Below are positions 27,893 to 37,266 of a DNA stretch of 64,000 nt, one piece after another; the first letter of the stretch is position 1, and each line of letters opens with the position of its first letter. Source of the DNA: Candidatus Latescibacterota bacterium. Its GTDB lineage: Bacteria > Latescibacterota > UBA2968 > UBA8231. Where the stretch lies: positions 2,848,001 through 2,912,000 of the forward strand of contig OZ242005.1 of assembly GCA_965204725.1 (NCBI GenBank). The letters are read 5' to 3'. The notes under the pieces are model-generated. The model made no database searches, was not told the origin of the DNA, and worked only from the letters and a program-made list of their open reading frames with translations. Made by a program: the position numbers and the translations under genes.

Positions 27893-29248
27893 TCAAGGCC
27901 GGGGCGTTGCGGCCGGAAAAGCAACTTCGGCGAGTGCTGCGGTATTTATTTCAATATCCGCGCTGTACTGCTCGCGGAGCCGCGCAATGAAGGCGTCCAT
28001 GGCCGCGGTTGCCGCCCGCTGCCTCAGCAGGGTTCCGATGCTGTTATAGACCAAGGATAGATCGGTCACTTTGCCGTCACTGCGAGTAAACAGCTCGATG
28101 TTGGCGTCGTAGTACGCGCGAATGTCCTCTTCAGTGATGGCCTGCTGGCTCACCCCCTTTTGGCCCTCGGCGCGATAGAGCCAATCGACGATGAGCGCGT
28201 CGCGCTTGCGCTCCACCTGCTCGCGCACCTCGCGGTCGCGGTCGTATTGCAGCTTGCGGCCCTCGGCCATCATAATCTGCACCCCGGCCAAGTTCTCGGC
28301 CGTCTTGTGGCGAGCGGCGCTGTCGAGCCGGCTGCGGCTCGTCGCTAGGGCGGCCCAGTACGCGGCCGTGGTCAGTTGGCCGCCGCGCCAACTAAAGAGC
28401 ACTCGCTCCTCGCCCTCGGGATCGGGCGCGGCCAAGGCTTTTAGGCCCTCGGGGTGGGCTGCTAGCTGGTATTCGCGGCGCAGGCGATGGACGTATTGTT
28501 CCATGTCGTCGGCCCGCTTTTGCACCCGCGCTTTTTCTGTTAGCCATGCGCGCTGGGCCGCAAAATCCAAGTGCCGCCGGTCGTCGAGCCGGAAGACGTG
28601 AAAGCCCATTTGGGTCTTCACCGGCTGCGGATAGAGTTGCCCCGCGGCCATGGTCCGCAACGGTTCCTTCAGCTCGGGCAGCATGTTGCCCATCTTGAAC
28701 CACCCCAACCGGCCGGCCGGGCCAAAGCGCCGCTGGATGGTCGCGGTCGAATAGATGGGCACCAGCGACTCAAACGGAGTGCCCTCTTGCAGGGCCGCCA
28801 GCACCTCTTGGGCCTCTTCCTCGGTCGCGCAGACAATGTGCCGGCTCAAGACCTCGACATCGTATTCGCGCTCTTGGGCAAAAGCCCGCAATTCGTCCTC
28901 GGTTGATGTGTAATCGCCGCGCAGGGCCTCTTCCTCGTACAGCTTGTTCACCACGGCCTTTTGCTCGGTGCGCTCGACTTCGCGGGCAATGCTCGGCTCG
29001 CGGTCGAGGCCGCGACGCAGCCCTTCGCGCACCAACAGCTCGCGGGCGATCACGCCGTTGAGCAGCTCCAGCTTGGCGTCCGCATTCATTTCCTCGAGGT
29101 GCTTGTAGCCCGTTTGCATCAGTTTTTGCGCTCGCTCCCGAAAGTCTTCCGGCGATAGGGTCGTTTCGCCAATGCGGGCGACATACCTAGGCTCAGGTTC
29201 GGCGCCAGAAGCTACGAGTGCGAGCAAGGCGATTGTTCTCAGTTTCAT
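27893..29248 (-). CDS. PpiC/SurA-like peptidyl-prolyl cis-trans isomerase
   Basis: 451 aa; signal peptide; VARIGE; SRHIVC..EEEA; GRLGWF; PVKTQMGFHVFRL (parvulin). Confidence 0.85.
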   Translation of the reverse strand: MKLRTIALLALVASGAEPEPRYVARIGETTLSPEDFRERAQKLMQTGYKHLEEMNADAKLELLNGVIARELLVREGLRRGLDREPSIAREVERTEQKAVVNKLYEEEALRGDYTSTEDELRAFAQEREYDVEVLSRHIVCATEEEAQEVLAALQEGTPFESLVPIYSTATIQRRFGPAGRLGWFKMGNMLPELKEPLRTMAAGQLYPQPVKTQMGFHVFRLDDRRHLDFAAQRAWLTEKARVQKRADDMEQYVHRLRREYQLAAHPEGLKALAAPDPEGEERVLFSWRGGQLTTAAYWAALATSRSRLDSAARHKTAENLAGVQIMMAEGRKLQYDRDREVREQVERKRDALIVDWLYRAEGQKGVSQQAITEEDIRAYYDANIELFTRSDGKVTDLSLVYNSIGTLLRQRAATAAMDAFIARLREQYSADIEINTAALAEVAFPAATPRP

Positions 29249-29264
29249 GCGACAAAATTCTCCG

Positions 29265-30917
29265 TTATTTGGCAGTCCGGCCCGAGGTTCTATGCTCTAC
29301 TTCTTCAACGACAATGTGCTGATTGGCCGCGACGTTTAAGAGGGTCTGTACCGCGCCGCTAGGCCAAAAAATTTGCAGTGAATCTACGTGGGCATGGCGG
29401 CCCAAGCCGAGGGTTAGGCGCACGTCGCTGCTGCCCATGTACCCGTAGCTGCGGCGAATTTCGCGCTTTTGCACGAGATCTCCCGCCACGGCGCGGATTT
29501 TGGCCCCGAGTCCGTCGCGGTTGCTGTGGGTGCCTACGGCTTCGACCGTCAGGTAATTATGACCGCTGTGGTCGTTGCGCAACAAGGTGCAGTGGGGCGC
29601 GTCCGAATCCGAGACGAAGATGTCAACGTCGCCGTCGTTGTCGTAATCGCCCAAAGCGGCACCGTGGCTGACGCGCTCGACGAGCATGCCCGGACCGCTG
29701 TCGTTGCTCACGTCGGCAAAGGTGCCATCGCCCTGATTGCGGAACAGTTGGTTTTGCTGCGGATAGGTCGTGTCCGGGTCAAATTCGCGCACGTTTTCAT
29801 CGAGATGGCCGTTGGTGACCAAGATGTCGAGGAAGCCATCGTTGTCGCTGTCAAAAAAGATCGCGGCCATGCCCAAGTAGGGCACACTCGGCGCGCCGAG
29901 CTGGGCGGCAAACGTCAGGTCGCTGAAAAAGCCGCCACCGTCGTTGTGGTAGAGCGTATTGGGCAGCCATTGGAAGGTGGCGAGGATGATGTCGAGCCGG
30001 CCGTCGTTGTCGTAGTCGCCAAAGTCCGCGCCCATAGCGGACTCAGCGCGCCCTTCCTCGTTGTACGCCACCCCGGCGATGATACCATGCTCGGCAAAGG
30101 TGCCGTCGCCGTTGTTGAGGAAGAGAAAATTGGGCTGCCGGTCGTTGGCGATAAATAGGTCCGGGTCGCCATCGTCGTCGCAGTCGCCAAACACCGCAGC
30201 GAGTTGACGGCCCTCGTCGTTGGACAAGCCCGCTGCGTGCGTCGCATTGACAAACGCGAGGTCGCGGTCGTTGCGATAGAGCACTCCAGACTGGCCGGGG
30301 TATGCGAGGGGGCCGCATATAGAGCGCGCCGCGCCCGTAAAGCACTCCTTGTTCGCGTCCAAATCGAACGCCATGTAATTGGCGACGTAGAGGTCTAAGT
30401 CGCCATCGCGGTCGTAATCGGCAAAGGCCGCATGAGTGCCCCAACCCGGGTCGCCGAGGCCGGCCCGGGCCGTCACATCGGCAAAGGCTCGACCTTGGCC
30501 CGCGTTGTGATAGAGGACGTTAGGCCCGTAGTTGGTCACGTACAAATCGGGGTTGCCGTCGTTATCTACGTCGCCGACCGCCGCGCCCATGCCGTACCCC
30601 GCATCGCCAGTGCGCACCGCCTCGGTGACATCTGCGAAGGTGCCGTCGCCCTCGTTGCGGTAGTGGGCATTGGTGCCGGGCGGGCCGTCATAACCCGGCA
30701 GAGCCGTGCCGTTGACGATGTACAGGTCGAGGAAGCCATCGCCGTCGGCATCGAAGAACGCCGCGCCCGAGCCGATGGCCTCGGGCAGGTACTTGCGGCC
30801 ACTCGCGCCGTTTACATAGCGGAAGTCAAGGCCAGCGGCGAGGGTCACCTCGACGAAGTGCGGGACGGACTGGGCATGGACGCTGGCGGCTGCCAATGCG
30901 AGAAGTAGCAGGAGCAC
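29265..30917 (-). CDS. CRTAC1 family protein (FG-GAP/VCBS repeats plus ASPIC/UnbV)
   Basis: Multiple DxDxDGxxDL repeats; C-terminal SNRDGLGA...GLG...IFWPSG. Confidence 0.9.
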   Translation of the reverse strand: MLLLLLALAAASVHAQSVPHFVEVTLAAGLDFRYVNGASGRKYLPEAIGSGAAFFDADGDGFLDLYIVNGTALPGYDGPPGTNAHYRNEGDGTFADVTEAVRTGDAGYGMGAAVGDVDNDGNPDLYVTNYGPNVLYHNAGQGRAFADVTARAGLGDPGWGTHAAFADYDRDGDLDLYVANYMAFDLDANKECFTGAARSICGPLAYPGQSGVLYRNDRDLAFVNATHAAGLSNDEGRQLAAVFGDCDDDGDPDLFIANDRQPNFLFLNNGDGTFAEHGIIAGVAYNEEGRAESAMGADFGDYDNDGRLDIILATFQWLPNTLYHNDGGGFFSDLTFAAQLGAPSVPYLGMAAIFFDSDNDGFLDILVTNGHLDENVREFDPDTTYPQQNQLFRNQGDGTFADVSNDSGPGMLVERVSHGAALGDYDNDGDVDIFVSDSDAPHCTLLRNDHSGHNYLTVEAVGTHSNRDGLGAKIRAVAGDLVQKREIRRSYGYMGSSDVRLTLGLGRHAHVDSLQIFWPSGAVQTLLNVAANQHIVVEEVEHRTSGRTAK

Positions 30918-30919
30918 GG

Positions 30920-32122
30920 TTAATCCCGCTTTTGGCTCGCGCCGCCGAACTTGCGGGCGAGGGCCGCGCCGCGCTGTAAGCGGGCATTGTCCGGCTCAAA
31001 GCGCAAGCCCCGCTGATAGCTTGCCAACGCTTGGACAAATTCTTTTTGCATCATCAGGGCATTGCCGAGCGCGAGATGCGCGAGGATATAGGTGGAGTCG
31101 GCGCGCAGGGCCGTGCGGAACAGGGACATGGCCTCGGGCACTTGGCCGCGGCGCAAATATAGATTGCCCAAGTTGTGGTACGAGGGCGCGAAATTGGGGT
31201 CGCGGTCGATGGCCTGTAAATAGTACAGACGTGCTTCTTCGTACTGCCCGCGCTGGCCGTATAGCGCGCCTATCTTGTGGTATAGCTCGGCCTTGTCGGG
31301 CGTGCGGAACAGGGTAGTACGCAGGCCGACGAGGAGCTTTTCCTGCTTTTCCAGTTCGTTGTACAGGGCCAACTGGCGGCGGCCCTCCTCCTGCTGGCCC
31401 CGGCGCAACAGGGCATTGCCGAGGGTAAAGCGGGCCGGCGCAAAGAGCGAGTCAAGGGCCACGGTGCGCTGTAATTCGACGATGGCCGCGTCGTACTCGC
31501 GGCGCTTGTACAAGGACGCGCCGAGGCCATAGCGGTACTTGGCCACGGTCGAATCGGCGGCTAGCGCACGGGTATAGGCCGCTTCGGCCGCGGCGTAGTC
31601 GTTGAGCTTGAGATGGGCCTCGCCGAGGTTGTACCATGCTTCGCCGTAGTCGTCTTGTAGGGCGACGGCGCGGCCATGCGCGGCAATGGCTTGCTCGTAC
31701 TGGGCTTGGCGGAAGTACAGCAGCCCGAGTGCCATCTGGGCCCAAGCGTAATCTGGGGTCGAGCGCGTGACCTCCTCTAACAGGGCGAGGGCCTCGGCGT
31801 GGCGATTGAGGCGGGTCAGCACAATGGCTAGTTCGGTCTGCGCTTTGGCGTAATCGGGTTGCAGCGCAATGGCCTGTCGATAGGCTGCGAGGGCTTGGGT
31901 CAACTTGCCGTCGCGGGTGTATGCGTCGGCCAGATTGCGATGGGCTACCGCAGAGTTCGGAGCGCGTTCTACGGCGCGTTTTGCGGCTGCTATGGCCGCG
32001 GAGTATGGACCTTGCAGGCGGCTTGCGAGCGTTGCATCGGTTGGGCGCGGTTGGGAGTCGCTGGGGGGTTCCTCCTGACAGGCGACTAAGGTTAGGATCG
32101 ACAGGTAGCAGAGTAGGGACAT
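30920..32122 (-). CDS. TPR lipoprotein
   Basis: LVAC lipobox; about 9 TPR repeats (AHRNLADAY, AWYNLGEAH, SYHNLGNLY). Confidence 0.88.
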   Translation of the reverse strand: MSLLCYLSILTLVACQEEPPSDSQPRPTDATLASRLQGPYSAAIAAAKRAVERAPNSAVAHRNLADAYTRDGKLTQALAAYRQAIALQPDYAKAQTELAIVLTRLNRHAEALALLEEVTRSTPDYAWAQMALGLLYFRQAQYEQAIAAHGRAVALQDDYGEAWYNLGEAHLKLNDYAAAEAAYTRALAADSTVAKYRYGLGASLYKRREYDAAIVELQRTVALDSLFAPARFTLGNALLRRGQQEEGRRQLALYNELEKQEKLLVGLRTTLFRTPDKAELYHKIGALYGQRGQYEEARLYYLQAIDRDPNFAPSYHNLGNLYLRRGQVPEAMSLFRTALRADSTYILAHLALGNALMMQKEFVQALASYQRGLRFEPDNARLQRGAALARKFGGASQKRD

Positions 32123-32238
32123 ATTGAGGGTAGAGGCTTAGGCTTTCCGGGAACATCCATGCGAATCTTGACTTCTTCTTATCCTTATCCTAATAATATA
32201 GGACAATTTTGGCATTCATAGATCGTCGGCATCTCATA

Positions 32239-32655
32239 ATGAACAAAACAATAAAAAATTTAAGTTTCGCAAAACATCCTTCCTCGGTGAATGTTCTTGG
32301 ATTCAAAGAAGAAGATGAATGGTGTGCGTTAGGGTTGGAAGTTGACATCCGGGGATACGGGCACACATTTGAAGAAGCCTGTTCCGATCTTACTGATTTG
32401 ATCACCTCCCAAATCAGCTTTTCTATGTACAAAGATCAAGTAGAGCTTATCTTTCACTCTGCCGATCCCAAATTTTTCGACATTTTTAACACCATTAAAC
32501 ATAAGCAACAACATAAAGTTAATGACGATACAAAACGCTATAGATCGAGCAAGGTTTCCTTACGTGAGATAATCGCAAAAATAACCTCCAATCCCCCAGA
32601 GTTCGCTGACTATCAGAGGTTAAACGTCGAACATGGCGAAAACGTACTCCGTTGA
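32239..32655 (+). CDS. HicB-like antitoxin
   Basis: EEDEWCALGLEVDIRGYGHTFEEA HicB-type fold; low-GC islet; overlaps hicA. Confidence 0.65.
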   Translation: MNKTIKNLSFAKHPSSVNVLGFKEEDEWCALGLEVDIRGYGHTFEEACSDLTDLITSQISFSMYKDQVELIFHSADPKFFDIFNTIKHKQQHKVNDDTKRYRSSKVSLREIIAKITSNPPEFADYQRLNVEHGENVLR

Positions 32656-32869
32656 CGAACTCTTCAGATTGCTCAAAAGTTATGACGAAAAATTTGAGTT
32701 CTATAAAAATAGAGGTAAAGGTAGCCATAGAACCATTTATCACCCCGATATAAATGGAGAAGCAAAATCCTTCCCCATAAAATATCATGGTGGAAGCACT
32801 GATGTCCGACGAGGAACACTCAGTGCCATAAAGAGACGATTTGAATTACCCAACGATCTATTTCAATAA
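32633..32869 (+). CDS. hicA: HicA family toxin
   Basis: 78 aa; RGKGSHRTIY..PIKYHG..VRRGTLSAI. Confidence 0.8.
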   Translation: MAKTYSVDELFRLLKSYDEKFEFYKNRGKGSHRTIYHPDINGEAKSFPIKYHGGSTDVRRGTLSAIKRRFELPNDLFQ

Positions 32870-33215
32870 AATCCACTTCTATCAAATTGTCCGTTGCCTT
32901 CACACTATATAATTGAAAAGACTGAGCAATGGATGCTTGACATGTAGGGCACTCTAAGCGACAGGTCGCATACATGGCCATAAAACAGTGGTTGCGTTGG
33001 CTGCGTTCGCATTCTTTGGATTTCTAGGTCGGCCTAGTCCCTAAAGGTTTCATTCATGGGTTGTGCCCGATACAGTCGAACCCCGCCCGGCCCCGTCTTC
33101 CCCACTGTGCTGCCGCCTTGGCATGGATATTGCAATAATTTGGTGGAAACGGACGTTACGCGGTCGGCTCCCGCGTGGCCCGTCCCCGTCGTCTTACCTG
33201 TCCAAGGCATGGCTT

Positions 33216-34094
33216 ATGGCCGAATTCGATACCATCGCCAAGCACCTCATTCACGCCTACTCGGCTGACTTCGCCCGCTTGTCCCTTCAGCGCGACGACC
33301 TTGAGGTGCTCAACGTCATCGACACCGAGCAACCCACGGTCAAAGCGCATCGCGCCGATAGCCTCATCCTCGTGTGCATCGGTGGAGACGAGGAGGCGTT
33401 GGTGCATCACGAATTTCAAACCACCGACAGCAAACAGCCCATGCCGCTCCGCATGGCCGGCTATATCGGGCGCGGCATTGAGCAGCACGGCCTGCCGATC
33501 TACTCCAGCGTCATCTACCTGCGCCCAGACGCCGGCCGGAATGATCCGGGGCACTATATCCAAGAGCGGCACGGCTTCCGCGTCCTAGTGCAATACCAAG
33601 TGATTCGGCTGAGTGAATTAGACGGCAAACGCATTCTCGACGGGAGGCCTGTGGGCTTGCTGCCGTTTGCTCCGTTGATGCAGCCGCCCGCGGGGATGGA
33701 TGCCGAGGCGTGGCTGCGCCAGTGTGTCAACCGAGCGCAACAGGTGCCGATGGACGAGTCCCTCAAAGCCAATTATATGGCCGATCTTGCCATTTTGAGC
33801 GGGTTGGTGTATAACTTAGAAACGATTACGACCGTCATTGAGGAGGAGACCATGTACGAATCGTCGGTAGTGCAGTATTTCACGGAAAAGGCGATCGAGC
33901 AAGGGATCGAGCAAGGGATCCAAGAAAGCATCCAAGAAGTGTTGGCTCTGCGCTTTCAGCCGGAGGACACACACCAGTTGGCCAGCCGCATTGGGTTGAT
34001 AGACGATGTGCAGCGCCTCAAGCAGTTGCACCGAGCGGCCATACAGGTCCCCAGCCTCGAAGCCTTTAGGCATCTGTTAGACGCGGATGAGTAG
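33216..34094 (+). CDS. Rpn/YhgA-like recombination-promoting nuclease (PD-(D/E)xK)
   Basis: ATG 33216 MAEFDTIAKHL; RADSL, HHEFQT, MPLRMAGY, GIEQGI tail. Confidence 0.75.
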   Translation: MAEFDTIAKHLIHAYSADFARLSLQRDDLEVLNVIDTEQPTVKAHRADSLILVCIGGDEEALVHHEFQTTDSKQPMPLRMAGYIGRGIEQHGLPIYSSVIYLRPDAGRNDPGHYIQERHGFRVLVQYQVIRLSELDGKRILDGRPVGLLPFAPLMQPPAGMDAEAWLRQCVNRAQQVPMDESLKANYMADLAILSGLVYNLETITTVIEEETMYESSVVQYFTEKAIEQGIEQGIQESIQEVLALRFQPEDTHQLASRIGLIDDVQRLKQLHRAAIQVPSLEAFRHLLDADE

Positions 34095-34135
34095 AGGTGT
34101 GCCACGTAACATCTTATATAAAGGAAGGGTGATCC

Positions 34136-34684
34136 ATGACGATTACCGATTTGATCACGGCCGACGAATTGTTGCAGATGAAGGACGATGGCTTCCGCTA
34201 TGAACTGAGCCGAGGAGAATTGATAAAGATGAGTCCAGCCGGCCACCACCACGGCAGAATCGCGCTCAATTTGACCGCGCCCTTGGACCAGTTCGTCCGG
34301 GCCAACCAACTTGGTTCCGTCTATGCGACCGGAACCGGCTTCAAACTAGCAGAGAATCCCGATGTGGTGCGTGCTCCAGACGCGGCCTTCATCCGGCGCG
34401 AGCGGGTCGAAGAGGTGGGCCAAACCGAGGGCTTTTGGCCCGGTGCCCCCGACCTAGCGGCCGAGGTCGTCTCACCGGGCGATACCTACGCCGAGGTACA
34501 GGACAAAATCGCCGATTGGCTCGACGCGGGCACCCGTTTAGTCGTAGTCGTCAATCCAAGTACCCAAGTGGTCACTCTGTACCGCTCGCGGAGCGACATC
34601 CGCATCCTGACCATTGACGACGTACTCGATGGCGGCGAAGTAGTGCCGAACTGGACCCTGCCGGTGCGCGATATATTCATCTAA
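34136..34684 (+). CDS. Uma2 (DUF820) family endonuclease
   Basis: RYEL..GEL..MSP, VRAPDAAF, APDLAAEVVSPGD, LDGGEVVP. Confidence 0.9.
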   Translation: MTITDLITADELLQMKDDGFRYELSRGELIKMSPAGHHHGRIALNLTAPLDQFVRANQLGSVYATGTGFKLAENPDVVRAPDAAFIRRERVEEVGQTEGFWPGAPDLAAEVVSPGDTYAEVQDKIADWLDAGTRLVVVVNPSTQVVTLYRSRSDIRILTIDDVLDGGEVVPNWTLPVRDIFI

Positions 34685-34690
34685 ATACCC

Positions 34691-35653
34691 CTACAACGCC
34701 CCCCGATGCCCCCGGCGAATGGCCTCGCACAAGCGCATGGTATGCACGGCGTCGTCCAAGTTCGACCACGGCGTGCGATCCGCTAGAATGCAATCGACGA
34801 AGTGGACGACTTCGTTGAAGCCCGCCCCGCCCACTGCTTCGATTTCCTCGGCTTCTATGGTAAAGGCCCGCCCCGCGTCATAGCCCTCCACCTGCGGCCC
34901 CCGGGTCATATCCAAGTAGATCGACAAATTTTCGCCGTGTACTTCGGCCCGCTGAATGCGATACCCCACGCCGTAGTGGCTCATCATAATGCCGAAGGTG
35001 CCCGTATCGAAACGCACGACCGCGTTGTGCCGATGGCACCCGGGCCGCGCACCGTCTTGCACCATGCCCTGCACCTCCACCGGCATGGCCGCTTCCACCG
35101 CGCTGCGGCCCGCTAGCCAGCGCAGCAGATCGACGTGGTGAATGGCGTCGCAGATCACTGGATCGGGCGTCCCCGGCCCCAACAGGGTCACCGGCTTGTT
35201 GTACGTAGCAGCGCAATGCACTGCGCCGCCGGCCGCCCGGATGCGCTGCCGCACGGCTAGCACTTGGGGAAAGTAACGCCGGTTAAAGGATACGAGGGCT
35301 TGGCCTTGGCTCTGTCGGGCCGCTTGGGCCATCTGCGCGGTCTCGGCCGCGGTCATACCCGGTGCTTTCTCCACAGAGGTGTGCAGCCCGCGCTCCAAGC
35401 AATCGAGCACGATGGGCAGCAAGTGGCCGGGCATGGTGACTACATGTACGACCTCCGGCCGGCAGACATCGAGCATCTCCCGGTAGTCGGCAAAGGCGTG
35501 TTGCGGCCCCCATTCGGCTTGGTTTTTGCGCCGCCGCTCCTCGTCTAGCTCGGCAATGCCCACCAAGCGCAGCCGCGGCTCAGCGGCAATCATGCGGAAG
35601 TGAGACTGGGCGTGGCCGCCGCAGCCGATGACCGCTACTTTCAAGTCTGCCAT
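34691..35653 (-). CDS. Gfo/Idh/MocA family oxidoreductase
   Basis: ATG 35653; VAVIGCGG Rossmann fold, VEKAP, FNRRY, DAIHHVD. Confidence 0.9.
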   Translation of the reverse strand: MADLKVAVIGCGGHAQSHFRMIAAEPRLRLVGIAELDEERRRKNQAEWGPQHAFADYREMLDVCRPEVVHVVTMPGHLLPIVLDCLERGLHTSVEKAPGMTAAETAQMAQAARQSQGQALVSFNRRYFPQVLAVRQRIRAAGGAVHCAATYNKPVTLLGPGTPDPVICDAIHHVDLLRWLAGRSAVEAAMPVEVQGMVQDGARPGCHRHNAVVRFDTGTFGIMMSHYGVGYRIQRAEVHGENLSIYLDMTRGPQVEGYDAGRAFTIEAEEIEAVGGAGFNEVVHFVDCILADRTPWSNLDDAVHTMRLCEAIRRGHRGAL

Positions 35654-35676
35654 GATGATTTCCTTTCTCAGAAGGT

Positions 35677-35705
35677 TTGACAGGGAATTTGGGGGCCAGT
35701 ATAGT
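35677..35705 (+). promoter_or_regulatory. Sigma70-type promoter
   Basis: TTGACA-17 bp-TATAGT, upstream of 35737 and 35967. Confidence 0.65.
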
Positions 35706-35736
35706 GTTTCATCTTGGTTCACGACATCCAAAGGAT

Positions 35737-35933
35737 ATGCTCATGCGCGTCATTGCCGTTGGCTGCGAGTACTCAGGCGTCAGCACTCTCATCGAGCAGG
35801 TGCATCAATGGGGGCTGAGCCGCGGGATTAGCCACCACCTCGACGACCACTCCAACTCCTCCAGACCTTCCTCAGCCGCTCCATCCCCCACCTCAGCCCC
35901 GGCGACGCCGCCACGCGGCTTTTAGCGGATTAA
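35737..35933 (+). pseudogene. Internally deleted remnant of a P-loop (kinase-like) protein
   Basis: RBS plus MLMRVIAVGCEYSGVSTL (Walker A-like) ...HLDDH, joined out of frame to a C-terminal-like stretch LQTFLSRSIPHLSPGDAATRLLAD-stop. Confidence 0.5.
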
Positions 35934-35966
35934 CCAACCACCAATCACAACGCACGGAGCACGGAA

Positions 35967-37253
35967 ATGGCAGATTCGAGAAGGGACTTTTTTAGAAAGG
36001 CCGGCAACCTCACGCTCGGCGCGGCGGCCGCGTCTATATGGGCCTCCGACAGCCGGCAGAAGGTCCACGCGGCCACGGAACGCCTCGGCCAAGCCTCGCC
36101 AGAGGCCAGTGCATTGGACGAACCTTTTTGGTACAGCGTGCGCGGCGCGTTCAACTTGTCGCCCCAGTTTATCAACTTTGAGAACGGATATTTCAGTCCA
36201 CAACCGGAAGCCGGGGTTGATGAGGTATGCAAAAACGTCCGCGCTATCAACGAGATTCCCTCGTTTTACATGCGGCGCAAACTGGAGGACGACACCCGCG
36301 AGATCCATCAATTGCTAGCGCGCTTTGCCGGTTGCTCAGACGAAGAAATCCTCCTGACGCGCAACACGACCGAATCGCTCAACATCGTCATCATGGGGCT
36401 GAAGCTGCAACCCGGCGACGAAGCCTTGTGGGGAACCTACGAATACGGCAGCATGAAGGTCGCGTTTGAGCAACGCGCCGCCCGCGAAGGCATCGTCAAC
36501 AAAGTGCTCGATCTGCCCATCACCTCTATGGACCAAGCCGAGATCGTCTCGGCCTACAAAAAGGCCATTACGCCGCGCACCAAAGTGATCCTCGTCTCCC
36601 ACATCGTCTATTTAACCGGCCAAGTGCTGCCGGTGCGCGCAATTTGCGACATGGCCCACGAGCAAGGGGTGGAAGTCATCGTCGATGGCGCCCATGCCTT
36701 TGCCCATTTGGCCACCCAAATCCCCGATCTACACTGCGATTACTACGGAGCAAGTTTGCACAAGTGGATGCTGGCGCCGCTGGGCACGGGCCTCCTATAC
36801 ATCAAAAAGGAAAACATCGAGAACGTGTGGCCACTGTTCGGCGACGCTGGGTACGCCTCGGACTCGATCCGCAAATTCGCTCACATCGGCACGTATCCTG
36901 CTTACTTGCAACTGGCCTTGGCCGAGGCCATTCGCTTTAACCAAACCATCGGCTTGGAGCGCAAAGAGGCGCGCTTGCGCTACATCAAAAACTACTGGGT
37001 CGATCGCCTGATTGACGTGCCCAACATCGTCTGCTACACGCCCCGCGAGGCCCATCGCTCGTGCGCCATTGCCACCGTTGGCATCAAGGGCCGCGACCCC
37101 GCAGATATTACCAACGCTCTCTACGACAAATACAAGATATTCACCGTGCCGCCGGGTTATCCTGGGGCAGTCCGCATCTGTCCGAACATATACACGACGC
37201 CCTACGAATTGGATCTGTTCGTCGCCGCGATGAAAGAGTTGGCCGCGGCCTGA
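35967..37253 (+). CDS. Class V PLP-dependent aminotransferase-like enzyme with Tat signal
   Basis: SRRDFF twin-arginine; TRNTTESLN, VDGAHA, SLHKW (PLP lysine). Confidence 0.88.
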   Translation: MADSRRDFFRKAGNLTLGAAAASIWASDSRQKVHAATERLGQASPEASALDEPFWYSVRGAFNLSPQFINFENGYFSPQPEAGVDEVCKNVRAINEIPSFYMRRKLEDDTREIHQLLARFAGCSDEEILLTRNTTESLNIVIMGLKLQPGDEALWGTYEYGSMKVAFEQRAAREGIVNKVLDLPITSMDQAEIVSAYKKAITPRTKVILVSHIVYLTGQVLPVRAICDMAHEQGVEVIVDGAHAFAHLATQIPDLHCDYYGASLHKWMLAPLGTGLLYIKKENIENVWPLFGDAGYASDSIRKFAHIGTYPAYLQLALAEAIRFNQTIGLERKEARLRYIKNYWVDRLIDVPNIVCYTPREAHRSCAIATVGIKGRDPADITNALYDKYKIFTVPPGYPGAVRICPNIYTTPYELDLFVAAMKELAAA

Positions 37254-37266
37254 TCCCCGTTCTGCG

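Noticed and set aside
32168-32199. Promoter for the second hicBA (TTGACT...TAATAA/TAATAT)
   Set aside because: The -10 match is poor at 17-bp spacing, and AT-rich context makes chance matches likely.
33216-34094. Rpn-like gene as an IS element
   Set aside because: No terminal inverted repeats or target duplication seen; this family is not a bona fide transposase.
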